This document shows positions 1 to 10,211 of a stretch of 64,000 bases of DNA, one piece after another. A model generated the notes under the pieces. The model was given only the letters and a program-made list of their open reading frames with translations. It did no database searches and was not told where the DNA came from. The position numbers and the translations under genes were made by a program. Source of the DNA: Candidatus Shapirobacteria bacterium (GTDB taxonomy: Bacteria > Patescibacteriota > Microgenomatia > UBA12405); contig JALHFY010000001.1 in assembly GCA_022837635.1 (NCBI GenBank), forward strand, positions 317,693 to 381,692. Reading direction: 5' to 3'. Numbering within the stretch: position 1 is the first letter of the stretch; every line of letters begins with the position of its first letter.

Positions 1-614
1 TTGTAAATAACCAGAGCTATAAAAGCGGAAAGTAAGGGAAAATATATCTTTTTAAGATTATCTTTTCGAAATAAAACAAAAGTTACTAGACTGAGAACAA
101 TAAAATAGACCGCCGGAGATTTGGTGAGCCAAGCCAATCCTAAAGAAACACCTAAAAGCATAGATAAATCCAGAGAGGGTTTTTTAGCCAACCGTAAAGA
201 CAGATAGAAACTGAGAACTCCAAAAAAGGACAGTAAAGTGTCAGCGGTGGCTAAACGGTCGAAAAAGAAACTAAAAGGCAATAAAAGATAAATAAAAGGA
301 GCCACAATATTATCGGTAATCAAAAAAAGAAGGATGAGAATACCAGCGCCGGTCAAAACAGAAATTAAGCGACCGGCGATTAAGGGATCGGCAATGAATT
401 TTAAGAGAAGAGCATTGAGCCACATAAAAAGAGGTTGTTTGCCATCGGTTAAGGGAATAAAACGAAGAGTATCGACACTTTTGATAATTTGGGCCCAGCG
501 AACGTAAATAGCCTCATCACCAAAAACAGGTAAGGAATTAAGATTGATAAGTCGAGACAAGAAATAGAAAACTAAAATAATACCCAAATACAGGTATTTT
601 TTATTTTTTATCAT
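1..614 (-). CDS. GT-C fold membrane glycosyltransferase (GT39/ArnT/PMT-like), partial; runs off the window start
   Basis: Manual translation from ATG at 614 gives MIKNKKYLYLGIILVFYFLSRLINLNSLPVFGDEAIYVRWAQII..., with the DE motif after the first TM. Not in the ORF track because it is truncated. Confidence 0.75.
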   Translation of the reverse strand, partial: MIKNKKYLYLGIILVFYFLSRLINLNSLPVFGDEAIYVRWAQIIKSVDTLRFIPLTDGKQPLFMWLNALLLKFIADPLIAGRLISVLTGAGILILLFLITDNIVAPFIYLLLPFSFFFDRLATADTLLSFFGVLSFYLSLRLAKKPSLDLSMLLGVSLGLAWLTKSPAVYFIVLSLVTFVLFRKDNLKKIYFPLLSAFIALVIY

Positions 615-1368
615 ATTTACCTTGGAGATTGTTGGTAAAAACCCGCCAGACTTCGGCAGCCATCCGTTTGGATTCTTTGAGATATTTGGCGTTTTGGTCA
701 CCTTTGGTGGTACTAGTATCTTCGTCTTGCCAAAGAACCGGAACTTCTTTGGTTTTATAACCTAATTTATCGGCTATAAACAGCATTTCAACATCATAAG
801 CAGAGACTCGCCAACCTTGACCGCCTTGAATATTTTTAATCACCTCAAGTCGAGGGAAAATTTTTCGAGCGATATCTGTTTTCATGGATTTAAAGCCACA
901 TTGGGTATCCTCAATACGGCTTTTTAATAAAATTTTTCTAAAAATAGAAAAAACTTTGGAGCCTAACAGGCGTAAAAGTCCAAAACCAGTGCGCTGATTA
1001 CCGCGGGAGCCGATGACGATATCGTATTTTTTGTTGTAAAAAGGCAAGAGTTTGTTAAGTTCAGAAATGGGAGTGGATTGGTCCATGTCGGTAAAAAGAC
1101 AGAGAGGGTATTTGGCTTGTTGAATACCACCCCAAAGGGCACCGGGTTTACCACCTTTGGGTAAATCCAAAACACGGAAACCGCGATGAGATTTGGCGAA
1201 TTTTTGGACAATTTTAAGACTGTTGTCGGTGGATTGGTCGTTGCAGATTAAGACTTCCCAGGGATATTTTTGAGTTTTGAGAAAATCATCAACTTCTTTT
1301 AGAACTCCCCGATTAAGATTGTTTTCTTCGTTGTAACAAGGAATAATGATGGAGATACCTGTTTTCAT
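601..1368 (-). CDS. GT2 polyprenyl-phosphate glycosyltransferase (Dol-P-Glc synthase-like)
   Basis: SIIIPCYNEE, ICNDQSTD, FTDMDQS, DTQCGFK and YDVEML motifs. Confidence 0.85.
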   Translation of the reverse strand: MKTGISIIIPCYNEENNLNRGVLKEVDDFLKTQKYPWEVLICNDQSTDNSLKIVQKFAKSHRGFRVLDLPKGGKPGALWGGIQQAKYPLCLFTDMDQSTPISELNKLLPFYNKKYDIVIGSRGNQRTGFGLLRLLGSKVFSIFRKILLKSRIEDTQCGFKSMKTDIARKIFPRLEVIKNIQGGQGWRVSAYDVEMLFIADKLGYKTKEVPVLWQDEDTSTTKGDQNAKYLKESKRMAAEVWRVFTNNLQGKYDKK

Positions 1369-1375
1369 AGCTTAA

Positions 1376-2815
1376 TTATATCTGTTTACCCTCAGGATTG
1401 GGTAATAAACGATAAATTTTAACCCCGTTCTGATCGAGTTCTTGGTCAATTTTAGCCCAACCAAAGGCAGCAATCCCCCACTCAGGATGATTGATGGGTT
1501 GACAATTAATATCAGGATGGGGTTCACAGACTACAAAAAGTTGTTCGGTTTTTTTATCTTGAAGAGGATAATAGGGTAAATTAGCTTCTTTAATAAAATA
1601 AACATAAGCCGGATCATAATTAGTCTTGGCCAAGAGAGTAAAATTAAATTCTTTATTTTCAGATAATTCACTAACAGTCTCCACTATAGCTTTAGTGTTG
1701 GCTAATTGACGGTTTCCAGGTTGTTTGAAAGGTAAATTAATGACCGAAATATAAGTGGCCAGTAATAAGACAGGAAGGGTGACTAAGAGTGGAGTTTGGC
1801 TGAGAAGATAGCCAAAAAGCAAGAAAACGACCGGAAAAACGAAGGCAAAATAATGATCATAAATATGTTGTTTGTAGAGACCGAGACCAATCAAGGCAAA
1901 AAGATACCATAAAAGGAAGTAAATAAAGTATTTGTTTTTGAATTTATTCTTAAAAACAAGAGCAATAAGACCAATAAAGAAGAATAAGGAAATGTAGAGA
2001 CCAGCTGACTCTTGGTGAGCAGCCAAAAGACTGGTGTTGATTTGATTAAAAAGCTGGGGAATAAGGGGGATGGATTTGTAAGCCTTGAGGTTGACGGTAG
2101 TTTCTCTTTGGGTAAAAAAGGTTTTAAGAGAGTTAAAGTTTTGCCCTTGGTGTTTGAGATCAAAGAGAATTTGAGGAATGAGAGTGAGAAGAAAGAGAAA
2201 AATAGCGATAAAAGTAGGTTTGAGAAGTTTGGGTTGGTAGTTTTTGAGCCAAATAACTCCGGCTACAGGCAATAAAATCAAAGCTAAATAGTGGGAATTG
2301 AAGCACATGACAAAGGCCAGAGCGGCCCAAGGATATTTCTTTTCAATCATTAAATAGATAAAAAGAAGAGAAAAGAAGGGCATAATGTTTGGATTCCAAG
2401 AGAAGGTACCGTATTTGACAGCTACCGGTGAAATGGCGTAGAGAAAAGAGGCAATCAAAGCGGTAGTAGGATTAAAGTATTTTTTACCGACAAAATAGAT
2501 GAGCCAAACAGTGGTGATGGAAACTAGGGCGATGAATATAGCCGGTCCTAAGGGATTAAAGTTGGCTAAAAGCAAAGAAGGGGCAATCAAATAATAGTAA
2601 AAAGGCCCCAAATACATGTTGCCAACACTGGTTTGAGGACCGATAAAAAAGAGATCGCCATGTTTTAAGAAATCTCTGACTATGAGAACATCTCGACCTT
2701 GATCACCTAAAAACTCGGCATAATCACTGATTTTGTACAATCGTAGCACCGCTGCCAAAAACAAAATCAAGATAATCAGCCAATTTTTTTTCAAAAATTT
2801 TTTAAGTTTAGGCAC
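1376..2815 (-). CDS. GT-C fold glycosyltransferase (GT39/ArnT-like)
   Basis: Multi-TM protein with LRLY..FLGDQGRD, GPFYYYL and WNPN motifs. Confidence 0.8.
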   Translation of the reverse strand: MPKLKKFLKKNWLIILILFLAAVLRLYKISDYAEFLGDQGRDVLIVRDFLKHGDLFFIGPQTSVGNMYLGPFYYYLIAPSLLLANFNPLGPAIFIALVSITTVWLIYFVGKKYFNPTTALIASFLYAISPVAVKYGTFSWNPNIMPFFSLLFIYLMIEKKYPWAALAFVMCFNSHYLALILLPVAGVIWLKNYQPKLLKPTFIAIFLFLLTLIPQILFDLKHQGQNFNSLKTFFTQRETTVNLKAYKSIPLIPQLFNQINTSLLAAHQESAGLYISLFFFIGLIALVFKNKFKNKYFIYFLLWYLFALIGLGLYKQHIYDHYFAFVFPVVFLLFGYLLSQTPLLVTLPVLLLATYISVINLPFKQPGNRQLANTKAIVETVSELSENKEFNFTLLAKTNYDPAYVYFIKEANLPYYPLQDKKTEQLFVVCEPHPDINCQPINHPEWGIAAFGWAKIDQELDQNGVKIYRLLPNPEGKQI

Positions 2816-3539
2816 GGGAAAAATTGAGCTTAAACCATAATCTGAAAAGATCGGAAAAGCTTTTAATGATAACTTTCAGCTGACGACCAGTAGCTTGGCC
2901 TTCAGTACGAGCAAAGTGTTTCACTCCCAATTGAGTAATTTTAAAGCCGGCTTTTTTAGCTTTGATTAAAAGTTCGCTAGTAATAAAAGCCCCTCTTTCC
3001 GATTCTAGTCGAGGAATAGTGTCAATCACTTTTTTGTTAATTAACTTAAAAGCACAGTCAATATCCCGGACTTTGAGGCCAAATAAGATAAAGACAATCA
3101 GCTCCCAAATCTTAGAGGTAAAAATTACCATTTGAGGTACCTGTCTTTTGAGATAATAACCGGCCACAATATCAGCACCAGTTTGTTGTTGTTTTTTAAT
3201 CAGTTTGGTAATTTCAGAAAAATCAAATTGGCCGTCAGAATCGGTAAAAGTAATCCATTGATATTTAGCGCCATAAAGACCGCTTTGAAGAGCGCCACCA
3301 TAGCCACGATTGGGATTGTGAGTAATTACCCGTAAATTGGGGGCATATTTTTTCTTGAGACTGGCAGCAATCTGAGCAGTTTTATCCTTGGAACCGTCAT
3401 TAACAATGATGATTTCCCACTGAGCAGCCACCTTTTTGAGAACAGTCGCCGCTTTGTTGACGGTATTGGCAATATTTTTCTCTTCGTTGTAGGTAGGAAA
3501 AAAAACTGAGAGTTGGGGAATTAAGAAGCTAGATTTCAT
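2808..3539 (-). CDS. GT2 glycosyltransferase
   Basis: FPTYNEE, VNDGSKD, NRGYGGA, FTDSDGQF and DIDCAFK motifs. Confidence 0.88.
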   Translation of the reverse strand: MKSSFLIPQLSVFFPTYNEEKNIANTVNKAATVLKKVAAQWEIIIVNDGSKDKTAQIAASLKKKYAPNLRVITHNPNRGYGGALQSGLYGAKYQWITFTDSDGQFDFSEITKLIKKQQQTGADIVAGYYLKRQVPQMVIFTSKIWELIVFILFGLKVRDIDCAFKLINKKVIDTIPRLESERGAFITSELLIKAKKAGFKITQLGVKHFARTEGQATGRQLKVIIKSFSDLFRLWFKLNFSRA

Positions 3540-3560
3540 ATAAAGAGTATAGCAAAGAGC

Positions 3561-3589
3561 TTGACAATCAGGGTTTTGAGAGATACAAT
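3561..3589 (+). promoter_or_regulatory. sigma70-type promoter for the gene at 3623
   Basis: TTGACA-17 bp-TACAAT. Confidence 0.7.
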
Positions 3590-3622
3590 ACCCTGTAATA
3601 ATAGTTATTAAGCATAAAAATT

Positions 3623-4213
3623 ATGAAAAAACTAATTCTATCTTTGGCCTTAATGGCTGCTTTAGTTTTTCCTTCGGGAGTTTTAGCCGACAGCTACTCA
3701 CAGGAAAAAGTTGAGTACAAAGTATCTATCGATAAAAAGATCAGACCTATAAATGATGATAAATACTATGATAATGTTTCTCGTGATCAAAAAGTCTTTG
3801 TCAGTGATGATTTAATGGATTTTAATATCGTGGTCGCCAATACCGGTAAAGATATTCTTTATGACTTGGTAGTGACTGATTATTACCCAATTGTAAATCA
3901 AATCATTTTGGCTCCCGGTGAAATTAATAAAAACAATCGCACCGTCACTTGGAAAATTTCCAGCCTAGGTGTAGGTGAAACCAGAAGTTTTAATTTGAGA
4001 GCCAAGGTGGCCACTGACAGTGCCGCGGCTGCTCAAACTAACGTAGCAACAGTTAAAAATAATCATGTTTCTGATCGTGATACGGCTACTTTCTATATTA
4101 CCAAGAAAACCACTCCTAAGACCGGTAGTAACGATTTGTTAGTCAAGAGTGTGATTATGACCAGTGTAGCTTTGGCTGCTTTGGGAATCAGAAAATTGGC
4201 GAGAGGATACTAA
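3623..4213 (+). CDS. secreted DUF11/Ig-like protein with LPXTG-like (TPKTG) sorting signal
   Basis: Signal peptide; DUF11-like segment (FNIVVANTG...VVTDYYP...TWKI); C-terminal TPKTG, hydrophobic stretch and basic tail RKLAR. Confidence 0.7.
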   Translation: MKKLILSLALMAALVFPSGVLADSYSQEKVEYKVSIDKKIRPINDDKYYDNVSRDQKVFVSDDLMDFNIVVANTGKDILYDLVVTDYYPIVNQIILAPGEINKNNRTVTWKISSLGVGETRSFNLRAKVATDSAAAAQTNVATVKNNHVSDRDTATFYITKKTTPKTGSNDLLVKSVIMTSVALAALGIRKLARGY

Positions 4214-4246
4214 AAGATAATTAGATAAATAGTAAGTAGTAAATTG

Positions 4247-4268
4247 TCTCCCCGCTGTGGCGGGGGGA
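4247..4268. terminator. intrinsic terminator hairpin between convergent genes, possibly bidirectional
   Basis: TCTCCCCGC-TGTG-GCGGGGGGA followed by TTTTATTT. Confidence 0.7.
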
Positions 4269-4270
4269 TT

Positions 4271-5452
4271 TTATTTGGTAAAGAGGCGGAGACTCATAAC
4301 AGTAGCCGGGGAATAACGACTGGAAAAATTCTGATCGGGACCAAACCAGGGATCATGGATTTGATAGTTACCATTGCTACCACTAATAATGACAACAAAG
4401 TGCATACCGGCAATATTAGACATACGCATTTGAGCGACAACATAGCGACCGGCGCTTAATTCTTTATCAATGGTATCAGTATCGTAAGTGCTAACCCGAT
4501 AGGAATAACCAGCGGGAACCAAGGGGTTAAGCATGTAGGCAGTGTTACCAAAAAAGCGATTTGGATCATGAGCATAAACACTAGGAGTGAGCGAATCGTT
4601 GCCAGCTTTTTTGTGAACCATAGTAACACTACTGATATAACAACCGACAGCGCCGATAGTATCACTGGAATTACCTATATATTGATTACACCAACGAGGA
4701 TCACGTTGGGAATAGAAATTACCATCACTACCGCCACCAGGTGATGAAGCCAAGCAAGTGCTACCACCAACAGAATCGGCAAAACGACGAAAAGAAGCCA
4801 ATTGAGCTTGAGCTTCCTGGAGGCGACGCTGGTAAACAGCTTCATCGTTTTTAGTATCTTGAAGTAATTTGTCCTTGGAAGCTTTCTGGGAAGAAAGACT
4901 TTTTTGTTGAGAGGCTAATTTCTTTTCCAAGGCCTCCAACTCGGCCTGTTTTTTACTTTTTTCCTGTTTTTGAAGGTCAAGATTAGTGCGGGTGGTTTCC
5001 ATATCAACCAAGGTGTCTTGGCTTTTCTGTTGGAGAGAGGTGACATATTTGTAATTTTTGAAAAAATCATTGAGATTGGCGGAACCGAGAATAGCAAAAA
5101 AAGGAATGCGTTTTTGCAGTTTGTAATTCTGATTAATCTGTTCGATATATTTTCCAGAAAGATCATTGAGAGAGATATCTAGACCATTAATTTTGAGACT
5201 TAAGTCGGCAATTTCCTTTTTGATAACTTCAATATTATTACCGGTTTGTTTGATCTGAAGTTCAATCTGAGCAATTTTGGTATCAAAAATTTTGATTTGA
5301 TTGCTGAGAGTATTTTTTTGGCGATTTAATTCAGTTAATTTGGCACTAAGTTCGGCAATTTGCTGCTGGACTTCTTCAAAAGTCTGAGCCAATAAGGGCG
5401 GTGAAAGGAGGAGAAAAAAGAAGATCAAAGCAATGATTATTTTTTTTACCAT
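4271..5452 (-). CDS. secreted PcsB/CwlO-like coiled-coil protein with C-terminal papain-fold (C39-like) cysteine hydrolase domain
   Basis: Signal peptide, about 200-aa coiled coil, then YSQRDPRW, GCYISS (Cys), HFVVI (His), IHDP (Asp); directly downstream of ftsEX. Confidence 0.75.
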   Translation of the reverse strand: MVKKIIIALIFFFLLLSPPLLAQTFEEVQQQIAELSAKLTELNRQKNTLSNQIKIFDTKIAQIELQIKQTGNNIEVIKKEIADLSLKINGLDISLNDLSGKYIEQINQNYKLQKRIPFFAILGSANLNDFFKNYKYVTSLQQKSQDTLVDMETTRTNLDLQKQEKSKKQAELEALEKKLASQQKSLSSQKASKDKLLQDTKNDEAVYQRRLQEAQAQLASFRRFADSVGGSTCLASSPGGGSDGNFYSQRDPRWCNQYIGNSSDTIGAVGCYISSVTMVHKKAGNDSLTPSVYAHDPNRFFGNTAYMLNPLVPAGYSYRVSTYDTDTIDKELSAGRYVVAQMRMSNIAGMHFVVIISGSNGNYQIHDPWFGPDQNFSSRYSPATVMSLRLFTK

Positions 5453-6315
5453 TTGATATATCTTCTAGCTCCCAACCAGCTAGCCGACAGACCAATGACA
5501 AGACCAAAAAGAAGCTCGGCAATAAGAATAAGGATGTCCAAAAGAGAAAATTCGTTGACGAAAACAATGGGCTGGAAGAAATGATTAATGGAATGACGGA
5601 AAACAAAAATAGTCAGATAACTGGAAAGAAAAGCGGTAAAAGCGCCCAAAACACCATAGATAGCGCCCTCAAGTAAGAAAGGTCGTTTAACATAGAATTG
5701 AGAGGCTCCTAAAAGCCGAGAAATACGAATTTCATCTTTGCGATTGGTGATTTTCATCCCAATCAGACTAAAGATAATCAAAAAAGAAGCAATTAAAAAA
5801 ATCACCACTAAAGCAATACCAAAAATACGGATAATTTTGGTCCAATTCAAAAGAGATTGAATAATATCTTTTTGATAAATTACTTCATCAACTTCAGATT
5901 TGGAAGAAAATTTTTGAGCCATGACTTCCAGAACTCGAGGATCGTTAGCTGAAACTTCGATGGAAGCCGGCAAGACAGAAGCGGTGACCATCTCGGTCAA
6001 GAGAGGGTTGTCTTTGTTCATTTCCTTATAAAGTTCAAGAGCTTTTTCTTTGGAAATTTTTCTAATCTCCCTAACCTGAGGGTAAGTTTTAATTTCTTCT
6101 TCCAGAGCGGTAATTTTTTCAGCATCTAAACCATCTTTGAGATAAATAGTGATTTCAGGCTTGGTTTCAAAATAATTAAGAACGTGATTGAGGCCACGAT
6201 TAAGATAAACAAAGGTGTTTAAGACTGAAAAACTAAGAAAAACAGCCACAAAGGCAATTAGACTTTGAAAAGGTGAACGGCGGATGTGGTGGAGAGTAAG
6301 TTTAAGCAGTTTCAT
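5446..6315 (-). CDS. ftsX: cell division permease FtsX
   Basis: ISKEKALE, NPL...LPASIEV, EIRISRLLGAS, RPFLLEG motifs; 4 TMs. Confidence 0.9.
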   Translation of the reverse strand: MKLLKLTLHHIRRSPFQSLIAFVAVFLSFSVLNTFVYLNRGLNHVLNYFETKPEITIYLKDGLDAEKITALEEEIKTYPQVREIRKISKEKALELYKEMNKDNPLLTEMVTASVLPASIEVSANDPRVLEVMAQKFSSKSEVDEVIYQKDIIQSLLNWTKIIRIFGIALVVIFLIASFLIIFSLIGMKITNRKDEIRISRLLGASQFYVKRPFLLEGAIYGVLGAFTAFLSSYLTIFVFRHSINHFFQPIVFVNEFSLLDILILIAELLFGLVIGLSASWLGARRYIKW

Positions 6316-6956
6316 TTATCTAGTTTAATAACTTTTTTATCTAAAGATTCAATAAAATCCATGTTATGAGTAGTCATAACAATGGTGGTTTTGAATTTTT
6401 CATTAATTTCCTGCAAAATTTTAATTAAATTCCAGGCATTGGTGGGATCTAAATTACCAGTAGGTTCATCAGCCAAAATCACCTCTGGTTCAACGCTCAA
6501 AGCTCTAGCCAAGGAGGCTCGTTGGAGTTCCCCACCGGACAACTGGGAAGGGAAGAGAAAATAGCGATGTTGAAGTTTAACTAACTTAACCACTTCATTG
6601 ATACGGGAAGAAATTTTATCTGCTGGATAGCCGACAATATCCAAGGCCAGAGCAATATTTTCCTCGATAGTAAGGTCATTTATCAGTTGAAAATCTTGAA
6701 AAATAACACCGGTTTTTTTACGAATGCGATCAATTTCTCTTTTATCCTTAATTTCGCTAAGTTTTTGACCGTCAATAATGACATGGCCGCTACTAGGTTT
6801 GACCTGGTTTAAGATCATTTTAATCAGGGTCGATTTGCCGGAACCACTAGGGCCGGTCACAAAGATAAAATCACCGGCTTTGATTTTTAAGTCTAGGTCG
6901 CGAAAAACATTGATAGGACCATAATTTTTAGTAACTTTGTCAAAAACAATTTCCAT
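6312..6956 (-). CDS. ftsE: cell division ATPase FtsE
   Basis: GPSGSGKST, IFQDFQL, LSGGELQR, ADEPTGNLDP; adjacent to ftsX. Confidence 0.9.
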   Translation of the reverse strand: MEIVFDKVTKNYGPINVFRDLDLKIKAGDFIFVTGPSGSGKSTLIKMILNQVKPSSGHVIIDGQKLSEIKDKREIDRIRKKTGVIFQDFQLINDLTIEENIALALDIVGYPADKISSRINEVVKLVKLQHRYFLFPSQLSGGELQRASLARALSVEPEVILADEPTGNLDPTNAWNLIKILQEINEKFKTTIVMTTHNMDFIESLDKKVIKLDK

Positions 6957-6958
6957 AA

Positions 6959-7447
6959 TTACTCGACAATTTTGATAGAGCCAACGTCCATAAGCCAGCC
7001 GGTTTTACTGGAGGTGTTGGTTTCTCCTTTGACTTCAACTTGACGGTTAACGAATAAGTCGAGATCGACAGCTGAAGAGGTTAGAGAAACTCGCTGAGAG
7101 TCTCCACCGGGACGGACTAAAATGTGAGTGCCAACACCATTGACGGCACCAACCTCGATGGTACCAGTAGCTGAGTCTTTGAAATTGGCAGAGGTATTAC
7201 CATAGAGTTTACCAACTTCAAGTTCACTTTGATCCTTGATATCGTCGGTACTTAAGGCAATTTCTCCACCGGAAAGTAAAGCAACAGAACTACTGCTTTT
7301 ACCGGTAGTTGGGAAAACTCGAGAAGCGATAAAACCCAAAACTGAAGCAATTAAAAGCATTAAGAAAACTATTTTCAGTGAAGGTGAGCTATTTTTTTGA
7401 GGAGAAGTAGGTTTAGAAGTCTTTTGGGTGAAGTTTGGTATTTCCAT
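6959..7447 (-). CDS. membrane-anchored hypothetical protein with possible OB-fold-like C-terminus
   Basis: Single N-terminal TM; operonic spacing. Confidence 0.65.
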   Translation of the reverse strand: MEIPNFTQKTSKPTSPQKNSSPSLKIVFLMLLIASVLGFIASRVFPTTGKSSSSVALLSGGEIALSTDDIKDQSELEVGKLYGNTSANFKDSATGTIEVGAVNGVGTHILVRPGGDSQRVSLTSSAVDLDLFVNRQVEVKGETNTSSKTGWLMDVGSIKIVE

Positions 7448-7463
7448 AATTCAGTATAACAAA

Positions 7464-8135
7464 TCAAGACTTTTTGAAAACAAGTACCAAGGTGTCTCGA
7501 CGACGAGGAAATAAGAGCAATAATCCGTAAAAAAACCACTTACCCAAACGAGTGAAAAAAGCTTCTGATTTAACTTTGTCCCGAAAGGGGGGGTAGGCTG
7601 CCAAATACTGAGATTGAATCAGTTTCAAAGAAGGAGGAGTTAAAGACGAAATCTCGGCCAGAGTATATTCCCGTTGATGACGAAAATTATGATGTTGTTC
7701 CAATTGAAAAAGAGGAAAATAAATATTTTTACCCAACATTAAGGCAAAAAGATTATGAAGGCGGATGGCGTTGGGAGTGGTCAGAATAAAATAAGCACCG
7801 GGTTTAAGAATGCGACTAATTTCTAAGAATAATCTTTCAACTCCGGTACCTAAGTGTTCCAAGACCTCACTTAGGATAACTAAATCGAAGGTATTGGCGG
7901 GATAATCCAGTCGGTCGTTTTCTAAATTCAAAACTTTAACTTGAGGGTCGGAAATTTTTTCTCTAATTGAGGAAACTCCATAAACATGAGTAAATTTTTT
8001 CCGAAGTGATTTAAGAAGATAATTAGGATAACAACCGAGATCAAGGATTTTTGAATTTTTATCTAAATTAAGGGTAGAAATAAGCTGAAGCAATTGTTGG
8101 AGACGATAGCCGTGGATAGCTAAATAATCATTCAT
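7464..8135 (-). CDS. class I SAM-dependent methyltransferase
   Basis: ILDLGC, FDLVILSEVLEHL, RILKPGA, TTPN. Confidence 0.85.
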   Translation of the reverse strand: MNDYLAIHGYRLQQLLQLISTLNLDKNSKILDLGCYPNYLLKSLRKKFTHVYGVSSIREKISDPQVKVLNLENDRLDYPANTFDLVILSEVLEHLGTGVERLFLEISRILKPGAYFILTTPNAIRLHNLFALMLGKNIYFPLFQLEQHHNFRHQREYTLAEISSLTPPSLKLIQSQYLAAYPPFRDKVKSEAFFTRLGKWFFYGLLLLFPRRRDTLVLVFKKS

Positions 8136-9144
8136 TTTTTAGAGAAGAATCAATAAAATCATGAAGAGTGGTAAAATCCTGATCTTTAGTAACAAAAACC
8201 CATTGACGATTGATAAAATAAGGCGGGTGATAAATAATATCCTGTTTGGGATTTTCGCCGGTAGGGATAGAATGACGGATAATTTTTAGTTGAGAGAGAG
8301 TAGAAAAATGATCTAAAGCATAGGTAAAAAGCTCAATATCAGTAAAATTATGTTCAAGAGATTGCCAAAAATTATAAAGATAGGGGAGAATTTTGGGATT
8401 GGAGTGGATTTGCTGTTTTAAGCGATCAATTAGGGCATTGATAAGTTGTTGTTGGCGGTCAATACGCCCCAAATCGGTACCACCATTGGCAGCTAGATCA
8501 CTGCTTTTACGAGAGCGGACGAACTCAGAAATATTGGTAGAATCAAGATGATTCCAACCTGAGTTAAATTTTACAGTTCTATAAACCGGAATTTGAGGAG
8601 AAGGATTGTTAATATAATTTTCATTGGGATATTGGTCATCAATAAAGCCTTGATCAAGATAAAGATCAACACCACCTAAAATATCGGCTAAATTTTTGAG
8701 ATTGTTAGTACTTAAAATTAGAACTTTATCGATGTTTTGGCCGGTAATACGACTAAAATTATCCTTAATATAGGTAAATTTTTGAGCAGAATCTGGAGCC
8801 TGGCTGGCGGTGGGATAAATTTGGTTGATTTTACTATTGAGAGAATAATCCCAAAGGTCACGGGGTAAAGAGAAGAGATGAAGACGAGCTTGGTTAAAAT
8901 CCAGTTGGCCGTAAATAATAGTGTCGGTAGTATTAGTTTTTTCTAAAGAATCATCTCTTTTATCTACACCTAAAAGTAAAAAATTCAAATGGTCAGTTTT
9001 AGGCAAGAACAGGGAGTCTTTGAAAGTTTTTGGGAAATAAAAAAAATGACGATAAGTCAGTCGGGAAAAATAAAAGATAAATAAAGAAACTAGAAACAGG
9101 AGACTAGAAACTAGAACAAGAAGTATTTTGAGGATTTTTTTCAT
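8128..9144 (-). CDS. LCP (LytR-CpsA-Psr) family glycopolymer transferase
   Basis: [36 protein letters not shown]. Confidence 0.88.
   Translation of the reverse strand: MKKILKILLVLVSSLLFLVSLFIFYFSRLTYRHFFYFPKTFKDSLFLPKTDHLNFLLLGVDKRDDSLEKTNTTDTIIYGQLDFNQARLHLFSLPRDLWDYSLNSKINQIYPTASQAPDSAQKFTYIKDNFSRITGQNIDKVLILSTNNLKNLADILGGVDLYLDQGFIDDQYPNENYINNPSPQIPVYRTVKFNSGWNHLDSTNISEFVRSRKSSDLAANGGTDLGRIDRQQQLINALIDRLKQQIHSNPKILPYLYNFWQSLEHNFTDIELFTYALDHFSTLSQLKIIRHSIPTGENPKQDIIYHPPYFINRQWVFVTKDQDFTTLHDFIDSSLKNE
9085..9116 (+). repeat. heptamer tandem repeat (AGAAACW-like) inside the LCP TM-coding region
   Basis: AGAAACT AGAAACA GGAGACT AGAAACT AGAA. Confidence 0.6.
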
Positions 9145-10211
9145 AGTTTGAGTTCAGCGGCAATGAAAGCATCCAAATCACCATCTAAAACAGCGGTAGT
9201 ATCGGCAGTTTCATGGCGAGTACGCAAGTCTTTGACCATCTTGTAAGGATGAAGAACATAGGAACGGATTTGATGGCCCCAAGCCGCCAAGACATTATCA
9301 CCTTTAATGTCTTGTTTTTCAGCTGAAAGTTCGGCTTCTTTGATAGCCCAGAGTTTACCGGTCAGCATTTGCATGGCAATTAGACGATTTTGGTCTTGGG
9401 AGCGTTGACTTTGGGCAGTAACAGCAATACCGGTGGGCTTGTGAACTAAGCGAACGGCAGTGGAAACCTTGTTAACGTTTTGACCACCATGACCACCTGA
9501 CCTAAAAGCACTAAATTCAATATCTTCAGGACGAAGATTAATCTCAGTAGAATCTTCGATGACCGGAGCCACCTCAACTTTGGCAAAGGAGGTTTGGCGA
9601 AGTTGATCAGCATTAAAAGGAGACAAGCGCACCAAACGATGAACTCCATCTTCACCTTTAAGGTAACCATAGGCAAAATCTTGATTGATCTTGAAGGAAA
9701 CACTTTTAATACCAGCCTCATCACCAGGAGTGAGATCTAAAAGTTCAAAAGGCCAATTTTTTCTTTCAAAATAACGAACATACATTCGTTGGAGCATAGC
9801 CGCCCAATCCATAGCTTCAGTCCCACCTTGACCGGCATGAATAGACAAAATAGCTTGATTTTTATCGTATTTACCCGATAAATAAGTTTTAAGCTCCAGT
9901 TCATCAATATTTTGAGAGAGTTTTTTAAGATTGCTATCCAACTCCCCTGCTAAACTTTGATCGGGGTTGTCGATTAGCAAGGTGGCAATTTCTTCAAGAG
10001 AGTTTAATTCTGATTCGATGGTACTGATGGTAGTAATAGTTTTTTGAAGATCGGCCAGTTCTTGCATAATTTTGGCGGCGGTTTCGGGATCTGACCAGAG
10101 AGTTTCATCTTGACTTTTAACTTTGAGTTCTGCCTCTTGAGTTAAAAGAGAATCGTAATTGAGCTTTTTTTTGATTTGTTTTAATTTATTTTTTAAGTCT
10201 GTCGGGTTCAT
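9141..10211 (-). CDS. prfB: peptide chain release factor 2, uninterrupted ORF
   Basis: [12 protein letters not shown] tripeptide, GGQNVNK. Confidence 0.95.
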   Translation of the reverse strand: MNPTDLKNKLKQIKKKLNYDSLLTQEAELKVKSQDETLWSDPETAAKIMQELADLQKTITTISTIESELNSLEEIATLLIDNPDQSLAGELDSNLKKLSQNIDELELKTYLSGKYDKNQAILSIHAGQGGTEAMDWAAMLQRMYVRYFERKNWPFELLDLTPGDEAGIKSVSFKINQDFAYGYLKGEDGVHRLVRLSPFNADQLRQTSFAKVEVAPVIEDSTEINLRPEDIEFSAFRSGGHGGQNVNKVSTAVRLVHKPTGIAVTAQSQRSQDQNRLIAMQMLTGKLWAIKEAELSAEKQDIKGDNVLAAWGHQIRSYVLHPYKMVKDLRTRHETADTTAVLDGDLDAFIAAELKL

